This document shows positions 21,753 through 32,841 of a stretch of 32,841 bases of DNA, in pieces (position 1 is the first letter of the stretch; every line of letters begins with the position of its first letter). The stretch covers positions 166,437,913-166,470,753 of the forward strand of contig NC_068981.1 of the NCBI RefSeq assembly GCF_001194135.2, given 5' to 3'. The notes under the pieces are model-generated. The model saw only the letters and a program-made list of their open reading frames with translations, made no database searches and was not told where the DNA came from. The DNA is from Octopus bimaculoides. Taxonomy: Eukaryota. A program made the translations under genes and the position numbers.

Positions 21753-21880
21753 CCTCCCGATATCTTCTCTCTCCCACTATGTCCTCTCTCCCTCTTTGGC
21801 TCCTCTCTCTCTCTGTGTTCTCTGTCTCTCTTCCTCTCCTCTTTCTTTCTCCCCCACCTCTCTCAATATGTCTACTAAGC
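21050..21880. repeat. about 830-bp polypyrimidine/polypurine tract of related minisatellite units
   Basis: Four 19-bp units cccccacgccctttctctt (21183-21258), then ccttccacatcctctct and ctccatctccatgtctttt units, then (CT)n. Confidence 0.95.
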
Positions 21881-22902
21881 AGTTATAAACAGAATATCAA
21901 TAAAAAATTTGATAAGTTAATTATGTTGCAAAAAGAGAAGTTTCTAGCCTTTAATGGATGGTTGCAGCTGTTATATACTGTTTTATGCATAATCTTTTCT
22001 ATAACTGTTTTCAGTCACTGGACTTCTGCCATACTGGGCTACCACCTTAACCCTTTAGCAGTGGAATTAAATTTCATGATTATTCCTGTTATGATGGTAA
22101 ATATCTACCAAAACTAAAAAAAAAAAAAAATAGAATTGGTATTTTCTGCAAGTCCTGTTGCTTCAATAAACTTGCCATATCTCTACAAAAATATTTTCAA
22201 ACAGAAGATAGATTTGTATATAAAACTGCTTTCTGCAGTTAAGGATAATGAAATTTTGGATGAATATATCTATAAAAGAGTTAAAGGATTTCAGTCAATA
22301 GACTTCAGCCATGCTAGATTACCACCTTTAAAAGTTTCAATGAATTACATTTCACATTCTCTTGAATACTTATTCTGTCAACTTCAGATGAGAATGAAAG
22401 GTGAACTCTGTCCTCGTTAAAGGGAGATAATAGAGATGGGTAGAAATACCATAAGGTTTTGTTGTTCAACATACTTTTTTTCCCCATTGTGGTGAGTGTT
22501 TTCTATCATAGTTTTGGATCTAACAAATCTTTGGGAGTAGAATTTGGTAGCCCAAACAGATGCAAAGCCTTACAGAGAGTGGGGTCCTTCCTTGGTCCTC
22601 AAATCCTAATGGAGTCATTGTAACATACTGCATAACTGAAGCATTTTAACTGGCAGCTCATCTCCTTCAAGGTTTGAATATAGCTGATTTCTTGCAGAAC
22701 TTAGAATGATTGTGAAAATATGTAGGGGTTTTAGTGAAAAGAAAACAAAAACAAGCATCCACTTCTTCAGCAGTTGAAAATAATGATATGGCAAATTTCT
22801 CAGAGTTGTCTTTCAGCATGAAGAAAATATTAAGTGAGGCCTAACATGTTCAATGAACTGAGCTGAAAGATATACCTGTTATGAAAAGAAAAATCCTTAT
22901 CA

Positions 22903-23130
22903 TTAACCCTTTAGCATTCAAACCAACCATATCTGACCTGAATATTCTACCTGTTTTGTCTTCAAACTGGCAATATCTGGCCTCTGATACTGGCCTTACC
23001 ATGTTATTCTAAAGCTATGCAATCACACCATAAAAATTTTAAAGTTATGAGATGATGCATGATTTATTCAAAATAATATGAATTAATAAACTTTACATTT
23101 GAATGAGTAATCTGAAAGCTAAAGGGTTAA
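22903..23130. mobile_element. piggyBac-type MITE (TTAA-flanked)
   Basis: TTAA-ccctttagcattca ... tgaaagctaaaggg-TTAA; 14-bp TIR with 1 mismatch. Second copy at 30579-30793. Confidence 0.8.
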
Positions 23131-23234
23131 GACAAGTGATGTTACTCCGAAGTTCAAATTGCAATGGGCAATGAGACCAGTCATTACTGAACATGCTTCA
23201 GTTATATTAAAATTCCTCAGTGGAGTATGTTTAT

Positions 23235-23430
23235 CCTTTGATCTTGTCTGATTGAAAAAATATACGATCAGACATTCCATTGACGACCATCCCAACGTTT
23301 TTCAGGCATAATGTATCTAGGGCTACATTATGTAATATGTCCTTCCCTTTTTAAGACTCTATGATGAGAATTTATTTGAGAAAAAGTTGGCTGCTATTTC
23401 TAGCATGTTGAGTGACAATATATGGACTTC
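23235..23430 (+). repeat. unclassified interspersed repeat (family E)
   Basis: gatcagacattcc..gaccatccc..aatgtatctagggctacattat..tgtccttcccttt..ggctgctatttctagcatgttgagtgac. Confidence 0.7.
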
Positions 23431-24224
23431 TTCATTAGCTCATTGTATGTTCATTTGTGTATATGTACAGATCTCTCTCTCTTTCTCTCCAGATTGAGTT
23501 GTCGTAATTATTGCACCATATTCCTGGTTAAAACATATATTGATTCCTTTCCTCCCTGCCTTCCTTGAGTTGCAGTTAGGCCTCATAAGGTTTAAAGCAG
23601 AAATCATTGGTTTTTTTTTTTGGTTTTTTTGTTTTTTTGCGCACCAGAATATGAAGATAATATATGTTAGAGGAGTCAACTGTCTCAAGTAATCAATACT
23701 ACTTCAAACTGCAAACGTGAAATTTTCTATCTGCAAACTTGTTTGCTCTAGGCAACTTAAATTTATTGTTGATCTCTGCTCAATACCTATCATTCCCACT
23801 ATTAATGATTTTATTGTAGTTATCATTTGATGATAATAGTGCCTGGTCAACAGCTGTTATCGATAACATAACTTGGTTTTTTTTCCCTTTTTTTTTGTCT
23901 TTTTTTCAAAATATACATCAGATTCCTTGACAACATGATCTATTCTGATAATAAAGATGCAATGTAGGCTAGATCTGGGAAGTGATGTAGTCTTTTTAAC
24001 TTAGAGAGAGAGTGAGAGTATCACAACCTCTTTATCTGTACCTTTCTCTATCTCTTTCTGACATATATACGAAATTAAATAAGGGAACAAGAAGTTTGTA
24101 ATCAGCTTAATTAACTTACAGCTGTTTCTGCTTTTGTGCATCACCTTATAGCTTCTAAAATGAAGTGCTAGTTTATTTGGTAAAGTATTTACATGCTACT
24201 TTACAAACTGCTTACAATAAATAA

Positions 24225-24289
24225 ATAAATAAATCTATCCATCCATCTATCTATCTATCTTTTTATCTTTATCTATCTCTATATTTATC

Positions 24290-24342
<53 letters not shown>

Positions 24343-24424
24343 ATCTATCTATATCTATTTATATCTATCTATCTCTATATCTATCTCTATCTATCTATTT
24401 ATCCATCTATCTCTATAGCTATCT
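24225..24424. repeat. compound (TAAA)/(TATC)n microsatellite, continuing at 25553-25635
   Basis: Direct reading. Confidence 0.92.
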
Positions 24425-25552
24425 ATCATCATCATCATCATCATCATCATCATTTAACGTCTGCTTTCCATGCTAGCAGGGGTTGGACAATTTGACTGGG
24501 GACTGGCGAACCAGATGGCTACACCAGACTCCAATCTGATCTGGCAGAGTTTCTACAGCTGGATGCCCTTCCTAACGCCAACCATTCCNNNNNNNNNNNN
24601 NNNNNNNNNNNNNNNNNNNNNNNNNNNNNNNNNNNNNNNNNNNNNNNNNNNNNNNNNNNNNNNNNNNNNNNNNNNNNNNNNNNNNNNNNNNNNNNNNNNN
24701 NNNNNNNNNNNNNNNNNNNNNNNNNNNNNNNNNNNNNNNNNNNNNNNNNNNNNNNNNNNNNNNNNNNNNNNNNNNNNNNNNNNNNNNNNNNNNNNNNNNN
24801 NNNNNNNNNNNNNNNNNNNNNNNNNNNNNNNNNNNNNNNNNNNNNNNNNNNNNNNNNNNNNNNNNNNNNNNNNNNNNNNNNNNNNNNNNNNNNNNNNNNN
24901 NNNNNNNNNNNNNNNNNNNNNNNNNNNNNNNNNNNNNNNNNNNNNNNNNNNNNNNNNNNNNNNNNNNNNNNNNNNNNNNNNNNNNNNNNNNNNNNNNNNN
25001 NNNNNNNNNNNNNNNNNNNNNNNNNNNNNNNNNNNNNNNNNNNNNNNNNNNNNNNNNNNNNNNNNNNNNNNNNNNNNNNNNNNNNNNNNNNNNNNNNNNN
25101 NNNNNNNNNNNNNNNNNNNNNNNNNNNNNNNNNNNNNNNNNNNNNNNNNNNNNNNNNNNNNNNNNNNNNNNNNNNNNNNNNNNNNNNNNNNNNNNNNNNN
25201 NNNNNNNNNNNNNNNNNNNNNNNNNNNNNNNNNNNNNNNAGTCACAGGTCATTGCCTCGGTGAGGTCTAATGTTCAAAGGTCGTGTTTCACCACCTCATC
25301 CCAAGTCTTCCTGGGTCTACCTCTTCCACAGGTACCCTCAACCGCAAGGCTGTGGCACTTTTTCACACAGCTATCCTCATCCAATCTCGCCAAATGACCA
25401 TACCAGCGTAATCGTCTCTCTTGCACACCACAACTGATGCTTCTTAGGTCCAACTTTTCTCTCAAGGTACTTACACTCTGTCGAGTATGCACACTGACAT
25501 TACACATCCATCAGAGCATACTGGCTTCATTCCTTGCGAGCATTACGCATGT
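24425..25552 (-). mobile_element. young 5'-truncated RTE LINE with 15-bp TSD, spanning a 651-N gap
   Basis: (CAT)n tail at the left end. The right part encodes MCNVSVHTRQSVSTLREKLDLRSISCGVQERRLRWYGHLARLDEDSCVKKCHSLAVEGTCGRGRPRKTWDEVVKHDL. Perfect direct repeat tctctatagctatct at 24410-24424 and 25553-25567. Confidence 0.92.
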
Positions 25553-25734
25553 TCTCTATAGCTATCTCTCTCTATGTCTATATCTGTCTCTATCTCTATA
25601 TCCGCCTCTATCTCTGTCTCTATCTATCTATCTAAATGGATAGACAAATCAATCCCTATGTATGTATATTTGTATTTGCTTTAAGTCAAAGATATTCATT
25701 TTGAGCTTTTGATGTATATATAAAATACGAGTAA

Positions 25735-26460
25735 CCTAGAAAGACATGGGATGTAATAGCGAAGACTGACCTCAAAATGTCAGACATCATAGGGGAGTTT
25801 GTCAAAGGACCTAGATGAATGGTGATATGCTGTACTTGAGAAGACCCAACCATCTTAGCAAAAATGTGGCCCTCTCAAGCTTTTCCCCATAACTTATCTT
25901 CTAACTCCCTTCCTTCTCTCAATCTTCTATGACACTACTCATAGAGTGCGCTAAATGATACCATTTATTCTCCTACACTTCACATTAAATCCCTACTGCT
26001 GTCCCTTATCATTTCCTCTACCCTGATCCACTCTCATTTCCCTCTCTTCCTCTTCCCCAAGTTAATACTCTCCGCAACCATTTCAGTTCCCATTTCTAAT
26101 CATGTCATACTCTTTTCACACTCTAACACACTTATCTACCCACCCACCATTTCTGTTCTCCTCTCCCTCTTGTCTCTCATAATTGCCTTGTACCTTGAGA
26201 GTAAGCCATATATTCACCTCTTCTGCAAGACACCTGTCCTGTCATGATTTCACTTTCTTCAATACTGTATCCCACACAACTGATGGGTTTTGCCTCACTA
26301 GCATTAGTGCCACAAAGAAAAAGAAACACCCAGTGCATTCTACAAAGTTGGCATTTGGAAGGACATCAATCTATAGAAACTATGCCAAAGCAAACACTGG
26401 AGCTTGGCGCAGCTCTCTAGATCATCAGTTCCTCTTGAACTGTCTGACTTATGATGGTAT
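25735..26460 (+). mobile_element. old RTE LINE 3' portion with a different 3' UTR body
   Basis: PRKTWDVIAKTDLKM../KDLDEW*YAVLEKTQ matches the ORF2 end. The terminal UTR motifs (gttggcatttggaaggacatc..tagaaactatgcc) lie at about 26345-26400. Confidence 0.65.
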
Positions 26461-26820
26461 AAAAAAATAAAAAAAGTGTGCCCTAATAATAATGATATAA
26501 TAATAAAGTGAACATCATAGGCATTTACTTATTTAGACAGTATATAAACAGATGTATGCAGGATAATATGGCTTCATTATTTGGAAATGTAGGTCGTGTA
26601 TGACTGAGGTAGATTTAAACTTAAGAACATTGGTCCTCATGTTTAACAGGACACAGACTTGATATAAATATAGAAAAGGCAGTGTTACTGATCCACTCAA
26701 CTCTTGCTAACATGTTAAAAACAAAAATAAAAATAAAAAACATAGCTGTGTGGTTAAATTTGCTAAGCTTACTCTATATCCACAAAGTAAAGCCTGCATG
26801 CACACACACATACTTAATAT

Positions 26821-26968
26821 AGTGGTTAGTATAAGGAAGGGCATCCAACCATAGAAACCATGCCAACGTAGGCACTGGAGCAAAAGGCAGTCTTTAGACC
26901 CATCATATCCTGTGAAACTGTCCAACTCATACCAGTATGGAAGCTGGACTTTAAAAGATGATGATGAT
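26821..26968 (+). mobile_element. old RTE 3' terminal fragment
   Basis: ggaagggcatccaaccatagaaaccatgcc..tccaactcataccagtatggaagctggactttaaaagatgatgatgat. Confidence 0.75.
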
Positions 26969-27616
26969 ATAGAAAACTGGTAAACAGAGAGAGATGTGTG
27001 TGTGTGTAAAAATAGTGCTAAGTTATAGCTCCTATATATCAAAAGGTAACTTAGCTATTCAAAAATTAGGGATGAGAAAAAAAAGTTCCAGGCTGAAATA
27101 AGTACTGTATGAATAAGTAAAATCTCTTGAAAGCAGTGCACCAGTAATAGCTCCAGTCCAATGGCTGAAACTAGCAAAAGAGAAATAAAATAATTAAAAT
27201 GATTATGGCAGTAATATTGATATTGCCTATAAAATTAGCTTTTTATCATGACTTAGGAAGGAGACATTTCAAAATGTAAGCTGAGTACACACAGGAGAGT
27301 ATATGAGTAAACTTATATCTCATTGTCCAAAGTCTATTGGGTTTTATTTTATTTATATTGTTGGAGCCTTTTTTTCTTTCAATTAGATTAAGTACTTTAA
27401 AGACTAGTTTTCTCCTCCTCTTCCTTATGATCACCATTGTTATTATTATTGGTGGTGGTGTTAGTAGCAGTTGTGATGGTGCATGAAATTGTAGAATACC
27501 AAGCTGTCTTAGTGTATTTAGTTTCTTCCTGTTTACAATGTCAGCTCAAATATTGTAGGTGAAAGGATATAGAGTAGAAACTGTAGATGAGAGCTTTGAT
27601 ATTAACTTTTTGTCTT

Positions 27617-27797
27617 TATTTCATTTCATTTAGATTAGCCACAAGGGCTGTAATTTTTTTTTTTTTTTTTTTTTTTTACCCCGAAAGGATGAAAGGCAAA
27701 GTCGACCTCAGTGGAATTTGAACTCAGAACGTAACGGCAGACGAAATACCGCTAAGTATTTTGCCCGGCGTGCTAACGTTTCTGCCAGCTCTCCACC
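27617..27797 (-). mobile_element. young SINE family B with internal A24 run and perfect 14-bp TSD
   Basis: ccccgaaaggatgaaaggcaaagtcgacc..aactcagaacgtaacggcagacgaaatacc..cgtgctaacgtttctgccagct. TSD taactttttgtctt at 27603-27616 and 27798-27811. Confidence 0.9.
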
Positions 27798-28189
27798 TAA
27801 CTTTTTGTCTTAATGAATGAAATAAGTACCAGCAATATAATTAACAATAATTCAATCATCAGTACCCTGCAATGCAAAAATTAACATTGTACTTCATGGA
27901 AAAAGAAGTGATGACTAACTTACTGGAAGCTTACCAGCTACTCTACAGCAAAGTCAAAATCCAGCTTTGGTTTTGCTGGCAAAACTTATTTCTCTTCTCT
28001 AAGCCCATTGATACCTTTGAAAAAGGTTTGGATGTCACAGATTCCCATAAAACCTCATCTTCAAATTTGTGATTTTCTGTTTGCTCTTCTAACTGATATG
28101 TAAACCCCTGCACCAATGCACTTTGTACTATCTCTGTCTTTTTATTGATGCTACACACAATTCTACTCGTATGAATTAGAAGGTCCTTT

Positions 28190-28315
<126 letters not shown>

Positions 28316-28539
28316 CACTGTATCTGTCCCACAAACTCCATACTAAAATTTTGTTCCATGGCTTTGCTACAACTGCAGTCTTCTGGTGGAATGAAGTGAT
28401 TGTGTGTGGCTAATTTTATGTTGACAATTTGACATGGCTGACTGGACACTCAACCTGTTTTGGTGACAGTACATTTTGGCACTGGAGGCAAACACACATA
28501 CACACACACAGAGGGAGAGACAGGCACCGACAGAGGGAG

Positions 28540-28980
28540 AGACAGATAGACAGGGAGAGAGAGGGTGAGACATACACAGACAGGGAGAGAGAGGGTGAGA
28601 CATACACAGATAGATTGAGAGAGGGAGCGACGCATTACAATTTATTGAACTCTTTCCTTCTCCTACACATAAAGAGAAAATGTTCACACACATTAACGGA
28701 GAGAGTAAAACACACACACACATGCACAAATATACACATACAGATAAAGAGAGGGAGAGACAGATAAATTGAAAGAGGGAGCGATGCATTACAATTTATT
28801 AAACACTTTCCTTTTCCTCATACACATAAAAAGAAAATGTTCGCACACACTAACAGAGATTAAAACATTAAAAGCTTGATGTCAAATAAGTCAGCATTGA
28901 ATCAGTGACACCAAATAGGCAGTGCCAAAAGGACTGAGCCAAAATGTCTGTGTCAAAAGGACTGAGCCAAAATGTCTCCA
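28540..28980. repeat. cluster of local tandem duplications (30 bp, about 95 bp, 23 bp)
   Basis: cagggagagagagggtgagacatacacaga x2; gagggagcgaYgcattacaatttatt..aaaatgttc..taaaaca x2 (about 155 bp apart); aaaaggactgagccaaaatgtct x2. Confidence 0.9.
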
Positions 28981-29218
28981 ACCCACCCTTTCCATACAAT
29001 CATTGTTTTGTAGTTCCAGGTCAACTCTGATAAAGCAAACCAATGAACAAAGGAGTTTTCTGCCATGATCATCCCATGTTTTTCCTTGGCAGAGGGCATC
29101 TGGAACCACATTAATCAGTATACCCTTTTTTTTCTAACATAGTAGTGCATGATCTTGAAGGAGATTTACCTGGTATTTCTAGCAATTTGTAGGGATTAAA
29201 TAATCGAAATAAGATATG

Positions 29219-29418
29219 CAGGCTGGCTGTGTGGTTAAGAAGCTCTATTTGCAACCACTTGGTTTGGGGTTCAGTTCCACAATGTGACACTTTGGTCAAG
29301 TGTCTTCTACTGGTTTGGAAAGAGAAATCAATTGAATAAGTAGCAGACTTTAAAAAAAAGATCATGGGGTTGATTTGTTCAACTAGAAGCCTTCATGGCA
29401 GTACCTCAGAACAGCCTT
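29219..29418 (+). mobile_element. SINE family C with internal deletion
   Basis: ggctgtgtggttaagaagc..gggttcagttccac..caagtgtcttctact joined directly to ..gaataagtag..ggggttgatttgttcaact. Confidence 0.7.
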
Positions 29419-29579
29419 AGTGTAATTCTTTTCTAATTCATGTCATTTTTTTCTTGTTCTTTTGTTTCTTGTCTTTCTTTCTCTTTTTATATATGTATTC
29501 ATAAATATCACTGAAGACTTAGAAACAACCAACCTATTTAACTTTCCAGAATAAATAAAACACTACCCCACCCCTCTGT

Positions 29580-29591
29580 GTGTATGTATGC

Positions 29592-29667
<76 letters not shown>

Positions 29668-29700
29668 ATTCATATATATATGTGTGGGTGTGTATATAAT
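29580..29700. repeat. compound (TA)/(CA)n microsatellite
   Basis: Direct reading. Confidence 0.95.
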
Positions 29701-30578
29701 ACTTAGACATGCTCAAGCAAATATAGAAAGATATACACAAATCCACACACATATATAGTGAGAAACTTATTTTCAATAGAATCCGACCTCTATGCCTCCC
29801 TCTCCACCATTCTCTCTTTCTCTCTCTCTCGCCTCTTTTTTTCTTTACTTTTATTACAATGCAACTTTTAGGTCAGTATTTAAACTGGTTGGTTTTCAAG
29901 CTTACATCTGCTACAGTTTCTTTCTCACTACTGGATTTTCTAATTCAATTCAATTGATTGACATAAATCTGAGCCCTCCACATTTACTCAGTGCTTAGAA
30001 CTTTTCTTCATTTTCATGAAACCGTGATAGTGTCAAAAGCTGTTTTTTTTTTTCTTTTCTTCCCCCTTCCTTTAATCTATCGTGCATTTTTTGTATTTGC
30101 CTCATATTAGAGTTATACACGCACAAATATATATATATATATACACATATATATTTGGCTGAATAAGTTTAGTGTCTTTGGATTTTAAGTAGAAGGCAAA
30201 ATGTGTTTTGGTGATAAAGAAGACAATGAAAGTAAGTTTCATTTGGGTTTTTTTTATCATATATTTTTTAATATTTTTTAAATATTTTTTTTAATATTTC
30301 AATTTATCAAATTTTTTGTGTCTCTTTATTAAAACTAAGTAATTTTTCAGTTTCATAATTATTAATATAAGGAATTGTTTATCTTGTAATAAGCAATAGT
30401 CCTGCAGTATAGACTTAGCTGCTCTTTTATGTTTATTTATCTTTTTTCACATATTTATGTTTTAATTTTTTCAATTTCAAAAACAATAAAAAGTTAAATA
30501 GGGATCTCAATTTGATAAACCATAAAATATAACTTATTCTTTAAACATCTAGCTTTAAGATTACATTCAACTCAAACA

Positions 30579-30793
30579 TTTAAACTAGCCACATCCAGCC
30601 CAAATATTGTGCCTGTTTTATGTCTAAACTGGCTAGATCTGGCCTCTCACACCTACCTTACAATATTATTCTAGAAATATAAAATCACATCATCATAATC
30701 TTGAAGCTTTGAGACAATGCATGATTAAGTAAAATAATGTGAATAAATAAGCATTGTATTTGACAGAATAATCTGATTGCTAAAGGTGTTTAA
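30579..30793. mobile_element. second, more eroded copy of the TTAA MITE
   Basis: cctgttttatgtctaaactgg..ctggcctctcacacctacc..tgcatgatt..gaataaataa..cagaataatctgattgctaaagg is colinear with 22903-23130. Confidence 0.7.
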
Positions 30794-31157
30794 ATCAATC
30801 TTTATTTTCTTATTAAGGCAGTAGATTAGCAAAATAGTTAAAGCATCATACAAAATGTCTTATGATAATTAGTTTTGGCTCTTTATTTTCTAGGTTCAAA
30901 TCCTACAAAAGCAAACTTTGTCTACGTAAGAAATTAAGAGTGGTGAATTTACAGACTTGTTAGTATTTGGGTGGGGAGGAGACTACCTTACAGTATTTGC
31001 TCATATTTATTATATTCTGAGTTCAAACCCTGTGGAGATCAAATTTGCCTTTCGTATTTTGGTTTGTTAAATAAAGTGTCGGTCAAGTACTAGGATTGAA
31101 TGTAATCAACTAAACTCTTTTCTTACAACTACATTCTTCATAATTATAAATGCAGAG

Positions 31158-31195
<38 letters not shown>

Positions 31196-31464
31196 GTATA
31201 CACATTTAGATACATGCATCTATATATAAGAGGTATTTGTGACATTCATGCTTGAATGTACATAAAGTTTGAAATTTTAGTCAGTGACTCATCTGTTGTT
31301 CTTATTTGTTCTCTTAAGCTTTCTACAATCATGTCTGTCTCTGCCTAATTGGATGAACTATTCATGATATAACAGGGTAACATTTCTCTTCACAATTTGT
31401 TGCTTGTTGTCTACATAGTCAAAACCTTTCGTGCATGACAGAATTTTGTCTTTATTGTTGGTTA

Positions 31465-31645
31465 TTTTTTAGTCTCAGGTCAGCCCTGATTGAGCAGACC
31501 TATAGTCAGAGACATTCCATTTATAAACATCTCTTCTTTCTTTTTTTAACCTTTCTCGACATAATGTCTCTCAGGTGACAGTACATGATTTGAGGGCAAC
31601 TTAGCTGCTGTTTCTAGCAGCAGATTGTGTGACCACAAAGAGGAT
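31465..31645 (+). repeat. unclassified interspersed repeat (family E)
   Basis: ggtcagccctgattgagcagacctatagtcagagacattcc..gatttgagggcaacttagctgctgtttctagcag. Confidence 0.7.
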
Positions 31646-31879
31646 TGCTCTTTAGTCCCATTTCGTTTTGGTGCATATCAATAAATTATTTTCTAATTTG
31701 CTTACTGTCATGCTTTATCTCATAGTAAATTGGACATGAGAACATTTAGTAATTTGATTAAATCACGGCACAATGTTAATGCTAATTGGTTAATCTGTTT
31801 CAAACTGCTAAGCTGGAGCATATCCCAGCTTTCAAAATGTATAAATGACTGAAAGTACAAGACTTTCTCATGGGTGATA

Positions 31880-32062
31880 TACCAGTACACTGCAAGATTA
31901 CCCCATCCCCACCCCATATTGCTGGTACTCCTTTCAACTGAGAAGACTAGAACAACATGAAATGAAGTGCCTTGCTCGTGATCACAATGCACTACCTGAT
32001 CCAGGAATCAAATCCACAACCTTATGATTGTCAGCCCAACATTCTAATCACTTGGCCATCTT
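31880..32062 (-). mobile_element. tRNA-headed SINE (family D)
   Basis: gctggtactc..aacatgaaatgaagtgccttgctc..ggaatcaaatccacaaccttatgattgtcagcccaacattctaatcacttggcca; homologous to 640-762. Confidence 0.65.
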
Positions 32063-32121
32063 CTACAGGTGATAACATTGGCACCCTCTTGATATTACAA
32101 TCACTACTACACTAATAATAA

Positions 32122-32340
32122 TAATAGAGATTCTTTCTAATTTTGGCACATTGTCAGGAATTTTGAAGAGGTGGAGAAAGTCAATTACATTGACCCCAGT
32201 GTTTTCCTGGTACTTATTTTATTGACCTGATAAGATGAAAAGCAAAGTCAACTTTGGAATTTGAGCTCAGAATGTAAAGACAGATGAAATGGTGCTAATC
32301 ATTTTACCCAGCATGCTAATGATTGTCAGCTCACAGCCTT
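32122..32340 (-). mobile_element. SINE family B in a (TAA)n tract
   Basis: Reverse complement of the family consensus; actaataataa on both sides (32111-32121 and 32341-32351), a possible TSD. Confidence 0.8.
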
Positions 32341-32491
32341 ACTAATAATAACGATAATGATAATGACTGCTACACAACTGCAACAGCCAACTATGTTACT
32401 TTCATCTTTTCAGCTACCACTAGGTTTCTGCCATTTAAGCAGGAGATGCAACTATTTCCACTTGTTTAGCCTAAAACAGAGCAGACCTATT

Positions 32492-32841
32492 ATGAGATTT
32501 CTGCGGGACAACCTGTTGAAAGCCACCGACCAGATTTGTGGGTGGTGTAAGGTCCCCTCCCGACCCAGAGTAACGTGGTGGTGGAACAAGGAGGTAGACA
32601 GGGCTATTAGACAAAAGAAACAGGCTTGGAAGGACTGGAAGAACGGTGGTAGCAGGGAATTGTACCAATGTGCCAGAAGGGAGGCTAGGCGACAGGTTTA
32701 TTTAGCCAGAGGGGAAGCAGATAAGGAAAGATTTGCCAATGTTCTGCGCCGTGAGGACCAAAGACTCGAGGTATTTCGTGTTGCAAGACAGTGTAGGAGA
32801 GAGAATAGTGATGTTGTAGGAGAGAAATGTGTTCGCATGGA
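32492..32841 (+). mobile_element. young RTE LINE, uninterrupted ORF2 segment (endonuclease-RT linker), runs off the window
   Basis: 116 stop-free codons: MRFLRDNLLKATDQICGWCKVPSRPRVTWWWNKEVDRAIRQKKQAWKDWKNGGSRELYQCARREARRQVYLARGEADKERFANVLRREDQRLEVFRVARQCRRENSDVVGEKCVRM. Contains the WWWNxEV..AIxxK..AWKxW motif of RTE ORF2, and GC/CpG content jumps abruptly at the junction. Confidence 0.88.

Noticed and set aside
20769-22117. Stack of long ORFs (up to 264 aa) on both strands
   Set aside because: They are translations of the CT/AG low-complexity tract (LSLS.., ERER..), where stop codons are absent for compositional reasons.
22136-22420. 94-aa ORF with SIDFSHA, loosely like the RT motif xDFSKAFD
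   Set aside because: No other RT motifs at the expected spacing and no clear splice sites; a chance match cannot be excluded.
24470-25270. 226-266 aa ORFs, and likewise ORFs at 1691-1981 and 9895-10450
   Set aside because: They consist mostly of N-runs and microsatellite translations.
27872-28158. Overlapping ORFs in a non-repeat island (..QGFTYQLEEQTENHKFEDEVLW..)
   Set aside because: No recognisable domain and weak splice signals; cannot be supported.
28928-28977. 23-bp direct repeats as a possible CRISPR-like array
   Set aside because: Only two units, no unique spacers, no cas genes, eukaryotic context.

Overview
AT-rich, repeat-dense eukaryotic DNA with three assembly gaps (1860-1963, 10004-10331, 24589-25239). 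The SINE, LINE and MITE families resemble those I recall from Octopus genomes; this is recognition from memory, not a database result. No host protein-coding gene can be identified with confidence. There are only short candidate exons with good splice signals, and they can be chained on either strand. Almost all ORF-track entries are artefacts of microsatellites, N-runs or antisense frames of transposon relics. The best-supported content is mobile DNA: (1) about 9 RTE-clade LINE pieces of different ages, including a stop-free ORF2 segment running off the right end (32492-32841) and a copy with a perfect 15-bp TSD (24425-25552); (2) a 5'-truncated HERO/NeSL-type non-LTR fragment (9236-9530); (3) an internally deleted mariner (9541-9871); (4) at least three tRNA-type SINE families and one unclassified repeat family; (5) TTAA- and TA-flanked MITEs and two long palindromes (4646-4797, 17559-17784). 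I found no CRISPR array, rRNA or true tRNA gene, and no evidence for a novel multi-gene system. The most interesting leads concern transposon biology and dsRNA-forming structures.
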